A DNA stretch of 64,000 bases, taken from the NCBI GenBank assembly GCA_964427735.1, contig CAYRUS010000001.1:356747-420746 (forward strand). The letters run 5' to 3'. Origin of the DNA: an uncultured Gammaproteobacteria bacterium (GTDB taxonomy: Bacteria; Patescibacteriota; Microgenomatia; UBA8517). The position numbers were made by a program, and so were the translations under genes. Numbering within the stretch: position 1 is the stretch's first letter; the number at the start of each line of letters is the position of its first letter. The notes beneath the pieces were generated by a model, which saw only the letters and a list, made by a program, of their open reading frames with translations, ran no database searches and had not been told where the DNA came from. Of the stretch, positions 47,403-57,571 are shown piece by piece.

Positions 47403-49082
47403 TTAGTCTTCTCTAACTACTCTAATCACTTCTTCAATAGTTGTTAATCCGGCTGAAACTTTATTTAATCCGTCTTGTAATAATGTTGTCATTCCTTCTT
47501 TTATAGCTTGATCTTGTATTTGACTACTGGTTGCTTTGTTTGCAATAAGACTTCTTACCTTTTCACTTACATCTAGTGCTTCATAAATACCAATTCTACC
47601 TAGATAACCATTTCCTCCACACTCTTGACATCCTTCACCTTTATAAAATCTTTGATTAGATAAGTCAGTTCCCAAATCTTCACTTAGTTTTCCTAAAACA
47701 GGAGTGTCTGGCTTATACTCTTTAAGACAACTTGAACAAATCTTCCTTACAAGTCTCTGAGCCATTACAATGTTCACAGTAGAAGCAAGTAGATAGCCTT
47801 CTACCCCCATATCAAGCATTCTAGGTACAGCCCCTGAAGCTTGGTTTGTATGCAAAGTTGATAAAACAAGGTGACCAGTCGTAGCAGCATTCACTGCAAT
47901 TTTTGCTGTTTCTGGATCACGAATCTCACCTACCATAATAATATCTGGATCATGTCTAAGAAGTGACCTTAGCCCTGCCGCGAAATCAAGCCCTGCTTTT
48001 GGGTTAACCTGAATTTGGCTCACTCTATTTATTCCATATTCAATAGGATCTTCAATTGTACAGATTTTCACTTCGACCGTGTTTAAAATATTCAATACAG
48101 AATATAAAGTAGTTGTTTTACCGGAACCAGTAGGACCAGTCACTAAAACCATTCCGTGTGGTCTATTGATACTTTTTTGCAAAGACTTTAGAATTGATCC
48201 GCTTAATCCTAACTCTTCTAAGCTGCTTGGCCGATTAGTTTCCAACAATAGCCTCATAACCACGTTTTCTCCATAAAACCCAGGGATTATTGAAATACGA
48301 AGGGAAATTTTATCGTCATCTATAGTAAATTTGTATCGACCGTCTTGAGGTATTCTATGTTCGTCTATTTTTAGATTAGAAAGAATCTTAATTCTTGCAA
48401 TTAACGCATTTTCTATACCTCTGTCTAATTTGACAATATCTTCTAATACACCATCTATTCGAAACCTTATGACTACTTGCTCTGCCATTGTCTCGATATG
48501 TACATCAGATGCTCTCTCTGCGACAGCATAGCTAAGAATGGTGTCCAACACTTTAATAATAGGAAGCTTTTCTGCTGATTTTACAGGATCTTCGTTGGTA
48601 GGAGCTTTTTTAATATTCTCCTCAATTACTGCATCAAAGTCTTTGCGAATATTTTTTTTATACTGACCAAGCGCCCGTCTTATGGATTCTCTACTCGAAT
48701 AAAAAGGTGTAACTTGAAGACCTGTCTGCCTACGAGCTAATTCTATTGCTTCAAAATCCTGTGGATTTTGCATTGCAATTTTTAGTTCCCTAGCATTGGC
48801 ATCAAAAGGAATCATCCAAAAATTACGTGCAACTTTTTCTGGGATGAGATTCAAAACATTTTCTGGAATAACCAACCTACCAACATTTGTGTATGGAACT
48901 TGGAGGTGTTCTGAAATTAATTTCGCAAGAGCATCCTCATTAATGAGTCCTCTAAATAGTAAAATGTCTGTTATATCTCGGCCAAAATCCTCTGAAGTTT
49001 TGGCAGCTTCTTCAAAATCCTTTTCTGAAATATATCCTGATCCAACAAGAATTTGCTTTAAACGGTCTTTGTTTAAGTCCAT
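47403..49082 (-). CDS. pilB: type IV pilus assembly ATPase PilB/GspE
   Basis: ASDVHIE, RFRIDG, GPTGSGKTT, TIEDPIE, LRHDPD, tetra-Cys. Confidence 0.94.
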   Translation of the reverse strand: MDLNKDRLKQILVGSGYISEKDFEEAAKTSEDFGRDITDILLFRGLINEDALAKLISEHLQVPYTNVGRLVIPENVLNLIPEKVARNFWMIPFDANARELKIAMQNPQDFEAIELARRQTGLQVTPFYSSRESIRRALGQYKKNIRKDFDAVIEENIKKAPTNEDPVKSAEKLPIIKVLDTILSYAVAERASDVHIETMAEQVVIRFRIDGVLEDIVKLDRGIENALIARIKILSNLKIDEHRIPQDGRYKFTIDDDKISLRISIIPGFYGENVVMRLLLETNRPSSLEELGLSGSILKSLQKSINRPHGMVLVTGPTGSGKTTTLYSVLNILNTVEVKICTIEDPIEYGINRVSQIQVNPKAGLDFAAGLRSLLRHDPDIIMVGEIRDPETAKIAVNAATTGHLVLSTLHTNQASGAVPRMLDMGVEGYLLASTVNIVMAQRLVRKICSSCLKEYKPDTPVLGKLSEDLGTDLSNQRFYKGEGCQECGGNGYLGRIGIYEALDVSEKVRSLIANKATSSQIQDQAIKEGMTTLLQDGLNKVSAGLTTIEEVIRVVRED

Positions 49083-49157
49083 GGGCAGATTAACTTTATA
49101 TTACACTAGCTTCAATTGTTATACTAGCATTTTGATAACAAGGCTCAGTAGTCCAGA

Positions 49158-49178
49158 GCTTTGGTATAGACCCAAAGC
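49158..49178 (-). terminator. hairpin after the TM-helix gene
   Basis: GCTTTGG-tatagac-CCAAAGC. Confidence 0.4.
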
Positions 49179-49183
49179 CACTA

Positions 49184-49870
49184 TTAAGCACTTTTAATCT
49201 TATCGTACCAGTCGCTTAATGCCCGAGACACTACATCCTTTGCACCAAGACCAAAAGATAATCCAACAGCAAGTACTATAGTGTAAGTAAGCCCTTGGAA
49301 AAAAATGTTTATAATCTCTTGTGCAATTTCTAATTGACTTATACCAGCAAATACTGCTGAAACAACAATTAGCCATCTAGCAAATTTACCTAGTAAACGA
49401 GCTAAATCCAGATCTACTGATGCAACTGCTCCCCTGACTAATCCATCCACCAATCTTGATATGATGTATCCTGCTGCAATGATAAACGCAGCCGCAAATA
49501 TATTGGGTATGTAACCTAAAACATCAACCAACACACGAGAAACGGATTCAAGACCAAGAATATCTACTGCTGCCAAGAAGAAAACAAAAATCACAACCCA
49601 TTCCACCAATACACCAACCAATTCTGATAAACTCAAATCTATCTCAGCTTTTTTAAGATAATTTTCTAGACCGGTTGATTTGCTGAATTTCTCCAAATCT
49701 AGATTTTCAAAAAGTTTTACTATGATTTGCTTCAGCCAATACGCAATAATCAAACCTATTATAAAAATTAGAATTGCACCGAGTATGTTTGGGAGTACAG
49801 ATAAGAAAGAATTCCAAACCTGCTGCCATGAATCAATTAAGGCAACTTGCCAGGTTCTTAACGTATTCAA
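49184..49870 (-). CDS. conserved TM-helix repeat protein (CmpX/MscS-related)
   Basis: Two LPNILGA/IPNIFAA repeats, GLSFGLGAKD; TTG start with SD GGAGGTGA. Confidence 0.85.
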   Translation of the reverse strand: MNTLRTWQVALIDSWQQVWNSFLSVLPNILGAILIFIIGLIIAYWLKQIIVKLFENLDLEKFSKSTGLENYLKKAEIDLSLSELVGVLVEWVVIFVFFLAAVDILGLESVSRVLVDVLGYIPNIFAAAFIIAAGYIISRLVDGLVRGAVASVDLDLARLLGKFARWLIVVSAVFAGISQLEIAQEIINIFFQGLTYTIVLAVGLSFGLGAKDVVSRALSDWYDKIKSA

Positions 49871-49978
49871 AGTTAATCACCTCCTTTCCCACTACTCATA
49901 TTAGAACAAGTTCTTTAGAAGTTGTCAAGTCTATAGGACAATTATTTGTGAAGGAAGATAATAATAGTGAATTTTATA

Positions 49979-50357
49979 GCTGGAGGCTAGTAAGCCAGGT
50001 TCTGTTTACTACTCTCAAATAAAGAAAGTAGCTGACAATCATCTATCTTTGCCCTTCCTTGAAACGTATCCTATTGGATTCGGGAAGACATCCTTATAAC
50101 GTCCCGGTCGAAGGTTGCTGCGGAGGGGATTGCCCGTTTCACTCGCCTTACTTCATCTAAAAGTAAAGAGACTCGTCTCTGTTGCTCTCAAAAGTGGTTA
50201 ATTCCACTTCTGTGTCACTTTTAAAGTGACCACCAGCCCTTCATTTCAATTAGTATTTATTACTATTGAAATTTCAGGTCACCGATTGCCCGGCGTCTCC
50301 TGTCTTCTGCAGCCTGGACTTTCCTCTACAATAAGTAGCGATTGTCCCGCCTCCAGC
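49979..50357 (-). ncRNA. rnpB: RNase P RNA
   Basis: Minus strand GAGGAAAGTCC near the 5' end and CAGAACCTGGCTTA near the 3' end (P4); terminal P1 GCTGGAGGC/GCCTCCAGC. Confidence 0.95.
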
Positions 50358-50425
50358 GCTGTTATTATACCATAGATAAGGCAATTTTTGAAGCTAATCA
50401 TTCCTATTCTAAACCCAAAAATGGG

Positions 50426-50773
50426 TTAAAAAGTATAATTACTCAACCAAATCACATAATCCAAACCATCCACAAATCCGTTGCCATCATAGTCTCCTTT
50501 TGTTCCTGAAGCTACCTGTTTATTGTAATTTAAAAGCCAAATTACATAATCCAAGCCATCGACTTTACCATCTTGATTTGCATCACCAGGTTTTGGATTA
50601 TTGGGGTTTGTCACTGGCGGAGTAATGGGTGTATCATGACTTGCCTTTGAGAGCCTAAAATCCTTTGGATCCAGGACATAAAATACACTTACAGGTATTG
50701 TTAGCAATGTTAAAACTAGTAAAGCCAAACTAATTTTGTTACTGAAATTTCGATTAATATATCTTCCAAACAT
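50426..50773 (-). CDS. small membrane-anchored dockerin type I domain protein
   Basis: TM, Pro/Thr linker, duplicated Ca-binding repeats GDANQDGKVDGLDY and GDYDGNGFVDGLDY. Confidence 0.8.
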   Translation of the reverse strand: MFGRYINRNFSNKISLALLVLTLLTIPVSVFYVLDPKDFRLSKASHDTPITPPVTNPNNPKPGDANQDGKVDGLDYVIWLLNYNKQVASGTKGDYDGNGFVDGLDYVIWLSNYTF

Positions 50774-50814
50774 TAAATTTTTGTTAAGCTATTTTTATGG
50801 TAGATTAAAGCAAA

Positions 50815-51972
50815 GTGGTTAGTCAAATAAAATTATCCAAAAATAACGGCCTATTTATTAAAACTCTTTGTCTTGGATTTTTACTTTTACCATTTATATA
50901 TTATCCACCACTATATTTGCCATACGAAATCCCGCGAGTACTGTTTGTTTTGCTTTGGGTAGAATTAATGATAGTTATTTTCTTGATAACAAGAAGTCAA
51001 GCTAAAATAAAAGTTTCTAGGCAATCAAAACTCTCAGTTTTTCTCTTATTTGTTGCCTTTATAGGCTCTTTTTTGGGATCAAATTTACAAAAAAGCATAA
51101 TTGGTAATTTTTATCGTTTAGACGGGTTAATAACTTTAATACATCTAGTGGTTTTTTCCTTAATAGTTTCAAACTTATGGCAAAAAAAGTATAAACAAGC
51201 ATTATACAAAACTTTTTTGATTGCCAATACTGTTTTATCATTTTTTGTGATTTTAAGTGCGATTCAACTTGTGATTGCCAATCATATGCAAAATGGCATT
51301 AATATCTTTTTTGGACAACCAAATTTTTTGGCAGGATATATTTTAATTACAATCCCTTTTTCAGCTTTTTTATATAAAGACAACCTAAAAAAACTACTAA
51401 TAGTTATAATCCCCCAATCTTTGGCAATAATCTCTACTCATTCTAGAGCTAGTATTATTCTACTCGTTATTTTTTTATGTTTATTTTTTGTCTACAAATC
51501 TCGTGATAAGTATTTAAAATACCTTGGATTATTTTTTGTTTTTACAAGTATCTTAGTATCTGCTTTTTATCTAAAACATTCCCAAAGTCCTTTGTTTGTT
51601 GCTGAGGGAAGAGAACGAATCTTTAAAAAAGGACTACTCGCGTTCCAACAAAAACCTTTATTGGGATGGGGTTGGGCAAACTTTGACCATGCATTTGATA
51701 ACACCGTGTGGCCTTTTAAATTAAACAATGATGTTTATGTAGACAAAGCCCATTCACATTTTTTGGAGTATCTTGTAACTACCGGATTTATTGGTTTTTT
51801 AGCTTACATTCTTCTCATATCGTTTACAATACTTACCTTAAAAAGGAATAAAGAATTTGGATTATTGATTGTTTTAATGCTTTATATAATTCATTCACAA
51901 ACTAATGTGGTTTCAATAGCAGAAGATATAATATTTTGGTTTATTGTAGGTGTGTCAGGGAATAAAACTTAA
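50815..51972 (+). CDS. O-antigen ligase (Wzy_C) family membrane protein
   Basis: Multi-TM; FGQPN, THSRA, PLLGWG, KAHSHFLE. Confidence 0.85.
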   Translation: MVSQIKLSKNNGLFIKTLCLGFLLLPFIYYPPLYLPYEIPRVLFVLLWVELMIVIFLITRSQAKIKVSRQSKLSVFLLFVAFIGSFLGSNLQKSIIGNFYRLDGLITLIHLVVFSLIVSNLWQKKYKQALYKTFLIANTVLSFFVILSAIQLVIANHMQNGINIFFGQPNFLAGYILITIPFSAFLYKDNLKKLLIVIIPQSLAIISTHSRASIILLVIFLCLFFVYKSRDKYLKYLGLFFVFTSILVSAFYLKHSQSPLFVAEGRERIFKKGLLAFQQKPLLGWGWANFDHAFDNTVWPFKLNNDVYVDKAHSHFLEYLVTTGFIGFLAYILLISFTILTLKRNKEFGLLIVLMLYIIHSQTNVVSIAEDIIFWFIVGVSGNKT

Positions 51973-52949
51973 GAAGCCTTGTCTAGCACATATTCATCAA
52001 TTAAAACTTGGAGTGTAATAACGACAGGTACAGACATAAAAACACCTACTATTCCCGCTACCTTAAAACCAATGGCAAGTGCAAGCAAAGTTACAATTGG
52101 ACTAACTCCAGCTGATCTTTGCATTACTTTTGGTACAAATAAATAATTTTCCATTTGCTGAATTAAAAAGGCAAGAGCTACAGTAGCAAAACCCATAACC
52201 GGAGATATTCCAAACCCTATAATCACAGCTGGAATTGCAGAAATAATAGGACCTAAATAGGGTATTATTTCCAGCAGTCCAGCTAATATTGCCAAAGGCA
52301 AAGCATAGGGTATACCAAGCAGTAAAAGTCCAACGTAGGTTGATATGCCGACAAGGAAAACTAATGCTAATTGTCCTCTTGCCCAACCTCCGAGTCTTTT
52401 TTCAAGCTTATCTACGATTCTTGTTATTTCGTTTTGGGTTTTTTCATCAAAAAAAGTACCTACCTGGTTGTCTAGTTTATTCCTGGCTAAAAGCAAATAA
52501 AAAGCAAAAATTAATACTGTTAATATCCCAAACAGATCAGAAAACACTGCTAAGCCAAAACGGGCAATCTGAGCAGGAAGTCTACCTATTTCCGATACAA
52601 TTTCATTCACAATTCTGTCAGAAAAATCTCCTGCGAACCCATTACTGGATAAGTATGTTGGAATATCATTTACAAATGTTGTCGTCTGTTCTATCAAAGG
52701 AGGGACTATCCCGGCTATTGAAGTTATAACCAAACCAATAAACAAAAGATACACAAGCAAAATTGAAAGAGCACGGGGAATATGATTTTTAGCAAGACGC
52801 TCAACCAGAGGATTGAGTATAGCCATTATTAGAAGAGCAACAAAAAATTGTATAAGAATTTCTCGAATATAAAAAAGGAACCAAATACATATTAAAAAAA
52901 TAACTGTAAAAATAATTGTTTTGTGCGATATTTCAATTTTTCTTGGCAT
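51969..52949 (-). CDS. AI-2E family transporter
   Basis: LNPLV, IPYLGP, QQMENYLFVPKV pattern. Confidence 0.9.
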   Translation of the reverse strand: MPRKIEISHKTIIFTVIFLICIWFLFYIREILIQFFVALLIMAILNPLVERLAKNHIPRALSILLVYLLFIGLVITSIAGIVPPLIEQTTTFVNDIPTYLSSNGFAGDFSDRIVNEIVSEIGRLPAQIARFGLAVFSDLFGILTVLIFAFYLLLARNKLDNQVGTFFDEKTQNEITRIVDKLEKRLGGWARGQLALVFLVGISTYVGLLLLGIPYALPLAILAGLLEIIPYLGPIISAIPAVIIGFGISPVMGFATVALAFLIQQMENYLFVPKVMQRSAGVSPIVTLLALAIGFKVAGIVGVFMSVPVVITLQVLIDEYVLDKAS

Positions 52950-52961
52950 AAGTGCTGCTGC

Positions 52962-53930
52962 TTATTCTTTTTCCTTATACCATTCTTTTACCAAATTTTC
53001 CACTAATTTATGGCAATCTTTTTGATTTGCATCAAACCATTTAATTTCTTTGTCTCTTTTGAACCAGGTAATTTGACGTTTTGCATACTGCTTTTCTTCC
53101 CTAATCCAGTTTTTCACAGCCTCCTCTTTTGAAACTTTTCCTTGGTGGTAATCTAGCCATTGTCTGTAACCTAAGGAAGTCATTGACTGAGAATTAATGT
53201 TAATTCCTAGATCTAGAAGCTTATTGAATTCTTCTTCAAAACCTTGGTCTAATCTCTGAACAACTCTTTTTTCAATTTTCTTATAAAGTAAATCTTTATC
53301 TAATCTAAGACCAATTTTTAGAGTATTGAAATTTTTGGGTACAATTTTTTTTAAATTCTTACCCGAATATTTTTCAATCTCAATAGCACGAATTAGACGT
53401 CTGGGATTATTTTTATCAGATTGATTTAAACTTAGTGCTTTTTCTGGATTAATATTTAATAGCTCACTATATAATTCTGCAGGGCTCTTATTTAATAAAG
53501 TCTTTCTTATCTTCTCATTTCTAGGAACTTCAATTGTATCTATTCCCTCAGTTATTGACTGTATGTACAGACCAGTCCCACCTTCTACAATTGGTAACCT
53601 ATTTCTTTCATGGATATTTTCAATTAAAGCTCTAGCAAATTCCTGAAAATATGCGACACTAAACTCTTCGTATGGGGAAATTAAATCATATCCCCAGATT
53701 TTTGTATTTCCGTCAGAATAAAATCCAATTTTCTTGTTAAGAACTTCCAAATCAGTCAACTCCATTTCAAAACCATTTGGAATATCTTTTCCTGTTCCAA
53801 TATCCATTCCCTTATACACCTGCCGACTATCAGCAGATATAATTTCTCCATCAAATACTTTAGCCAAATGAAGTGCCAAACTAGTTTTACCAGTACCAGT
53901 TGATCCTAATATTATTAATATTCTCTCCAT
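52962..53930 (-). CDS. miaA: tRNA dimethylallyltransferase
   Basis: GSTGTGKT, SADSRQVYKGMDIGT, GGTGLY, YAKRQITW. Confidence 0.96.
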   Translation of the reverse strand: MERILIILGSTGTGKTSLALHLAKVFDGEIISADSRQVYKGMDIGTGKDIPNGFEMELTDLEVLNKKIGFYSDGNTKIWGYDLISPYEEFSVAYFQEFARALIENIHERNRLPIVEGGTGLYIQSITEGIDTIEVPRNEKIRKTLLNKSPAELYSELLNINPEKALSLNQSDKNNPRRLIRAIEIEKYSGKNLKKIVPKNFNTLKIGLRLDKDLLYKKIEKRVVQRLDQGFEEEFNKLLDLGININSQSMTSLGYRQWLDYHQGKVSKEEAVKNWIREEKQYAKRQITWFKRDKEIKWFDANQKDCHKLVENLVKEWYKEKE

Positions 53931-53970
53931 CTTGGTTTACATTATAAATGCTCACTGTAAAATATAAAAT

Positions 53971-54611
53971 ATGTCAGAAAAACCTAGTGGATATATACCA
54001 GACAATGAAAACGGTAAAAATACTACACTCACCTTGCAAGAAAGACAAATAAATTTAGATGACCAAAGACTATTTGTTTCTTCTCACTTGGGTACTAATT
54101 TCTCTATATTATTAGAAAGTGAACCAAGTGTTTTCGGTAATCTAAGAGAAAGTGCACAAAACTCAATAACAACCACTTTGGAAGGTATAAGAACGTTTAG
54201 AGAAAATAATAAAGCTTCATTTTGGGAAAAAATAGGTAAAAAGAACACTAATATCTTCCACCTTGAAGGACTAGATGAGAGTGAGAGAGAGATTGCTGCT
54301 GCAGCTCTTATTCGAATGTACAAAATGCCTCGTAGATTGTTAGGATTTATTTCAATGAATATCGTCCTCAATTTACTAGAGAACAAAATCCAACAAATAA
54401 TGAAAAATTTATAGAAGCAATTGCTAGTGGTTTAGGATTTGAAGAAGATTTTGGAATTATCAGCAATACACTTGTTAGAAACTATCTCGCCGGACAAGAA
54501 TATGACACATTATTTTTACTAATTAACACTCACTTACTAAAGGAAAAAGAAAAATATTCAATAGTTGAATTCTTTAAAAAAATCAAAGGTATTCCTGTAA
54601 TTTTTTGCTAA
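53971..54611 (+). pseudogene. hypothetical gene apparently split by a frameshift
   Basis: ORF 53971-54414 overlaps a 91-codon open -1 frame without ATG (54336-54611) that fills the gap to the next gene. Confidence 0.5.
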
Positions 54612-55408
54612 CTACTCGCACTTGTATAAAATTTCAGTGCATAGTTCCAAAATTTAATTGAGACAAATATTAAAACAAGTCCTAGCATAAAACCAAAAAT
54701 TACAGCAAAAGGACTCACTAAGCCCATTATCGCCTTTGCTGGCAAAGTTATCATCAACCCAACGGGAACAATAAATGTCAAAACTGCTCTTAGCGGCTGT
54801 CTGTATATATCAACAGGTAAAGTTCCTAAACGGGTAAAATCTCTATAAATCATTATTGTATGATCAAGTTCCAATGTAATAACACCTAAGCTTATTACAG
54901 CTATATGAAAAGCTGCAGCGATTAAAATTCCGTTGAAAATTAAAATTATATATGTAATTACTTGGAAAAAAGTCGGATCAAGAGATTGTCCCACCCAAAT
55001 AATTGCAAGAATGAGAGGAGGAAGTGTCACTAAATCTATCAAATCAATACCACCCAAAAGGACTCTTAAAAGTGCGTTTATTGGTTTTAATAATATCAAA
55101 TCAAACTCACCGCTTATCAGCAAAGGTCGAAAACGATAAACCTCTCTAAACAAAAATTGCGCCAAAATATCGATTAAGTTAAAGGATAAATAAAAAAATA
55201 TTATCTGAGTCCGATCAAACCCTGCAATACTTTGAGTACCACTAAACAAAAAATACAAAAACCCTAAAAAAAGTCCAAACCTTAAAATCTTACCCAACAA
55301 AAACACAAAAAAAAGCATTTTACTGACCATAACAATTTGTAGTGAGTTCTTACTCATTAGTAACCACACTTTCAAATAATGTCTTATGTTATCTACCATA
55401 TGCTCCAT
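54608..55408 (-). CDS. ABC-2 type permease (DUF990-like)
   Basis: GEFDLILLKP, PVDIY, ends YTSASS. Confidence 0.88.
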   Translation of the reverse strand: MEHMVDNIRHYLKVWLLMSKNSLQIVMVSKMLFFVFLLGKILRFGLFLGFLYFLFSGTQSIAGFDRTQIIFFYLSFNLIDILAQFLFREVYRFRPLLISGEFDLILLKPINALLRVLLGGIDLIDLVTLPPLILAIIWVGQSLDPTFFQVITYIILIFNGILIAAAFHIAVISLGVITLELDHTIMIYRDFTRLGTLPVDIYRQPLRAVLTFIVPVGLMITLPAKAIMGLVSPFAVIFGFMLGLVLIFVSIKFWNYALKFYTSASS

Positions 55409-56192
55409 AAACTTTTATACCTCTACTCCATACTTTATTCACAACAAACCATAACACTAGAACCCAGGATCCAGCTATTGCCAGCCCTTGGTAAATCATT
55501 AAAGTAGATATCTTACCTAAATATATTTCTATTGGAAAAAATATTAAGTATGGGAAAGGGGTTAAATATAAAATCTTCAAAAAAACTTGTGGAAATATAT
55601 CTAGTGGGAAAATAGCACCAGAAAGAAATTCAACTACAATTACTGTCACTAAAAAATGTGCACCCCAGGCAAACTCAGGTGTCCAAAAAGGGACAGTGCT
55701 CGTCAATAAAACAATATAAAAATACAAAATAACTGCCAAAGCTAATGCTACCAAAAAACCAAAAATCAAATAAGGATTTTGTTGTAAGTAAATAGGTGGC
55801 TTCAAAAGTAAGTATAAAATAAAGACTTCAAAAGCTGCAAAAGATAAGTTTAATGCCTTACTAGCCATATCTCTTGTAAACCAATAACCAAAAACACTCA
55901 TCGGTTTGGCCAAAAAATCATTAAGACCTCCACCTGCAATCTGTCCGGCTAGATCAGTTGTTTTTGTAGCAAAAACAATTGCTCTTACAAGAAGAACCAT
56001 AAAAATATATGTAAATATTTGAGAACGTGTGTAACCTGCAACTTCCCGATCAGTACCTTGGAAGACTGCGTCCCAAAGAAAAAACAATAAGAAAATCGAG
56101 ATGATATTCCTTACTCTCCACATAACGAAATTAACTCTATATGCAAATTCTTGCTGAATTGAAGTAGAAAAAATTGCTTTAAACTTCTCCAT
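55389..56192 (-). CDS. ABC-2 type permease (DUF990-like)
   Basis: AYRVNF, LSGAIFPLD, ends YGAYGR; start at MEKFK. Confidence 0.88.
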   Translation of the reverse strand: MEKFKAIFSTSIQQEFAYRVNFVMWRVRNIISIFLLFFLWDAVFQGTDREVAGYTRSQIFTYIFMVLLVRAIVFATKTTDLAGQIAGGGLNDFLAKPMSVFGYWFTRDMASKALNLSFAAFEVFILYLLLKPPIYLQQNPYLIFGFLVALALAVILYFYIVLLTSTVPFWTPEFAWGAHFLVTVIVVEFLSGAIFPLDIFPQVFLKILYLTPFPYLIFFPIEIYLGKISTLMIYQGLAIAGSWVLVLWFVVNKVWSRGIKVYGAYGR

Positions 56193-56193
56193 T

Positions 56194-57174
56194 TTATTTT
56201 TCTCCTTGAAAAATTCTTTTAATAATGTCCTCAAGAGGCTCTTCCTCAATATTTAAATCAGCAACAGGAAAATTCTGCAGGATCTCAGAGGCAGCATGAG
56301 CTGCTACCTCTCGATCAATAGACAATTCGATATGAGGGTAATCTACTTTAACTACCTCTCCGATACTATCAAATTTTTTAAGGTCGCTCTCTCTAGCCAA
56401 AAATACATGTATGGTTTTATGTTTGGCATACTCCTGAGTTAACTCAGTTAGCTTTCCATCAAAAATAATATCTCCATTATTTATGATTATTACTCTCTTT
56501 GCCAAATTAACCACATCATCCATATCATGGGAAGTTAGCATAATTGTTGCGCCATAGCGTCTGTTGTAGTCATAAATAAAATCCCGCATTTTACCCTGAG
56601 CTACTACGTCAAGACCTATGGTAGGTTCGTCTAAAAATAATACTTTCGGTCCATGCACAAGTGCAGCCACCAATTCCATCCGCATCCGTTGTCCTAGAGA
56701 CAATTTACGAACCTGTTTGCCTAATAAATCTTTGACTTCCAACAAATCCACCAAACTATTAAGCATTTCCTTATATTTTTTATCAGGAATTTCGTAAATA
56801 GCCTTATTTAACTCAAAAGTGTCAACTGCTGGGAGATCCCACCAAAGCTGATTTTTCTGCCCCATTATTAAAGATATTTTTTTGAGATACTCCTTTTGGC
56901 GATGCCATGGATCAAATCCTAATACTTGCACAAATCCAGAAGTAGGATATAAAAGCCCGGAAAGGATTTTCATAGTTGTTGTCTTTCCTGCTCCGTTTGG
57001 TCCTATAAAACCTACTAATTCTCCGCTTTCTATACTAAAAGAAATTTTCTTAAGAGCTTTAATGTTTTTAATCTCAGGAGAGATTAGTCCCTTAATGCTA
57101 GGTATTAGACCTGCTTTTTTTTCTTTTGATTGAAAAGTCTTTGAAAGTCCGTCTACAACAATCGCACTATCCAT
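56194..57174 (-). CDS. ABC transporter ATP-binding protein
   Basis: GPNGAGKTT, LSLGQ, LFLDEPT. Confidence 0.94.
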   Translation of the reverse strand: MDSAIVVDGLSKTFQSKEKKAGLIPSIKGLISPEIKNIKALKKISFSIESGELVGFIGPNGAGKTTTMKILSGLLYPTSGFVQVLGFDPWHRQKEYLKKISLIMGQKNQLWWDLPAVDTFELNKAIYEIPDKKYKEMLNSLVDLLEVKDLLGKQVRKLSLGQRMRMELVAALVHGPKVLFLDEPTIGLDVVAQGKMRDFIYDYNRRYGATIMLTSHDMDDVVNLAKRVIIINNGDIIFDGKLTELTQEYAKHKTIHVFLARESDLKKFDSIGEVVKVDYPHIELSIDREVAAHAASEILQNFPVADLNIEEEPLEDIIKRIFQGEK

Positions 57175-57190
57175 AAAGATATTATAGCAA

Positions 57191-57466
57191 TCACTTGCTA
57201 ACTTTTCTCTTTAGTGCTTCTCCAGCTGTAAATCTTGGGGATCTGTAAGGCTTAATTGTTACGTATTTATCGGTATTCGGGATTTTTACTGTTTTACCAG
57301 ACATTGGTTTTGACCTAAATGTACCAAAACCATGGATTGTGACTTTTTCTCCTTTTGCCAATGCTCTACCGATTTCTTCTAAAAATACATTTACGGATTC
57401 TTCTGCTGCTTTTTTTGTAAGATGTGCTTTCTTGGCAACTATATTTATTAAGTCACGCTTTGTCAT
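57191..57466 (-). CDS. hup: HU family DNA-binding protein
   Basis: MTKRDLI, GFGTF, PRFTAG. Confidence 0.93.
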   Translation of the reverse strand: MTKRDLINIVAKKAHLTKKAAEESVNVFLEEIGRALAKGEKVTIHGFGTFRSKPMSGKTVKIPNTDKYVTIKPYRSPRFTAGEALKRKVSK

Positions 57467-57571
57467 TTCGAAATAAGAATAATGTAAAGACTCAATAAAG
57501 TCAAGTTTTAGGACAAATTGTTTTCTTTGACATATAAACCAACTATTTTAGAAGATTTTTAGACCTACAAA

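Noticed and set aside
49774-50022. 82-aa plus-strand ORF
   Set aside because: It overlaps the RNase P RNA and the TM-helix gene on the opposite strand; shadow ORF.
50446-50570. Short direct repeat (GLDYVIWL twice)
   Set aside because: It is the normal internal duplication of a dockerin domain.
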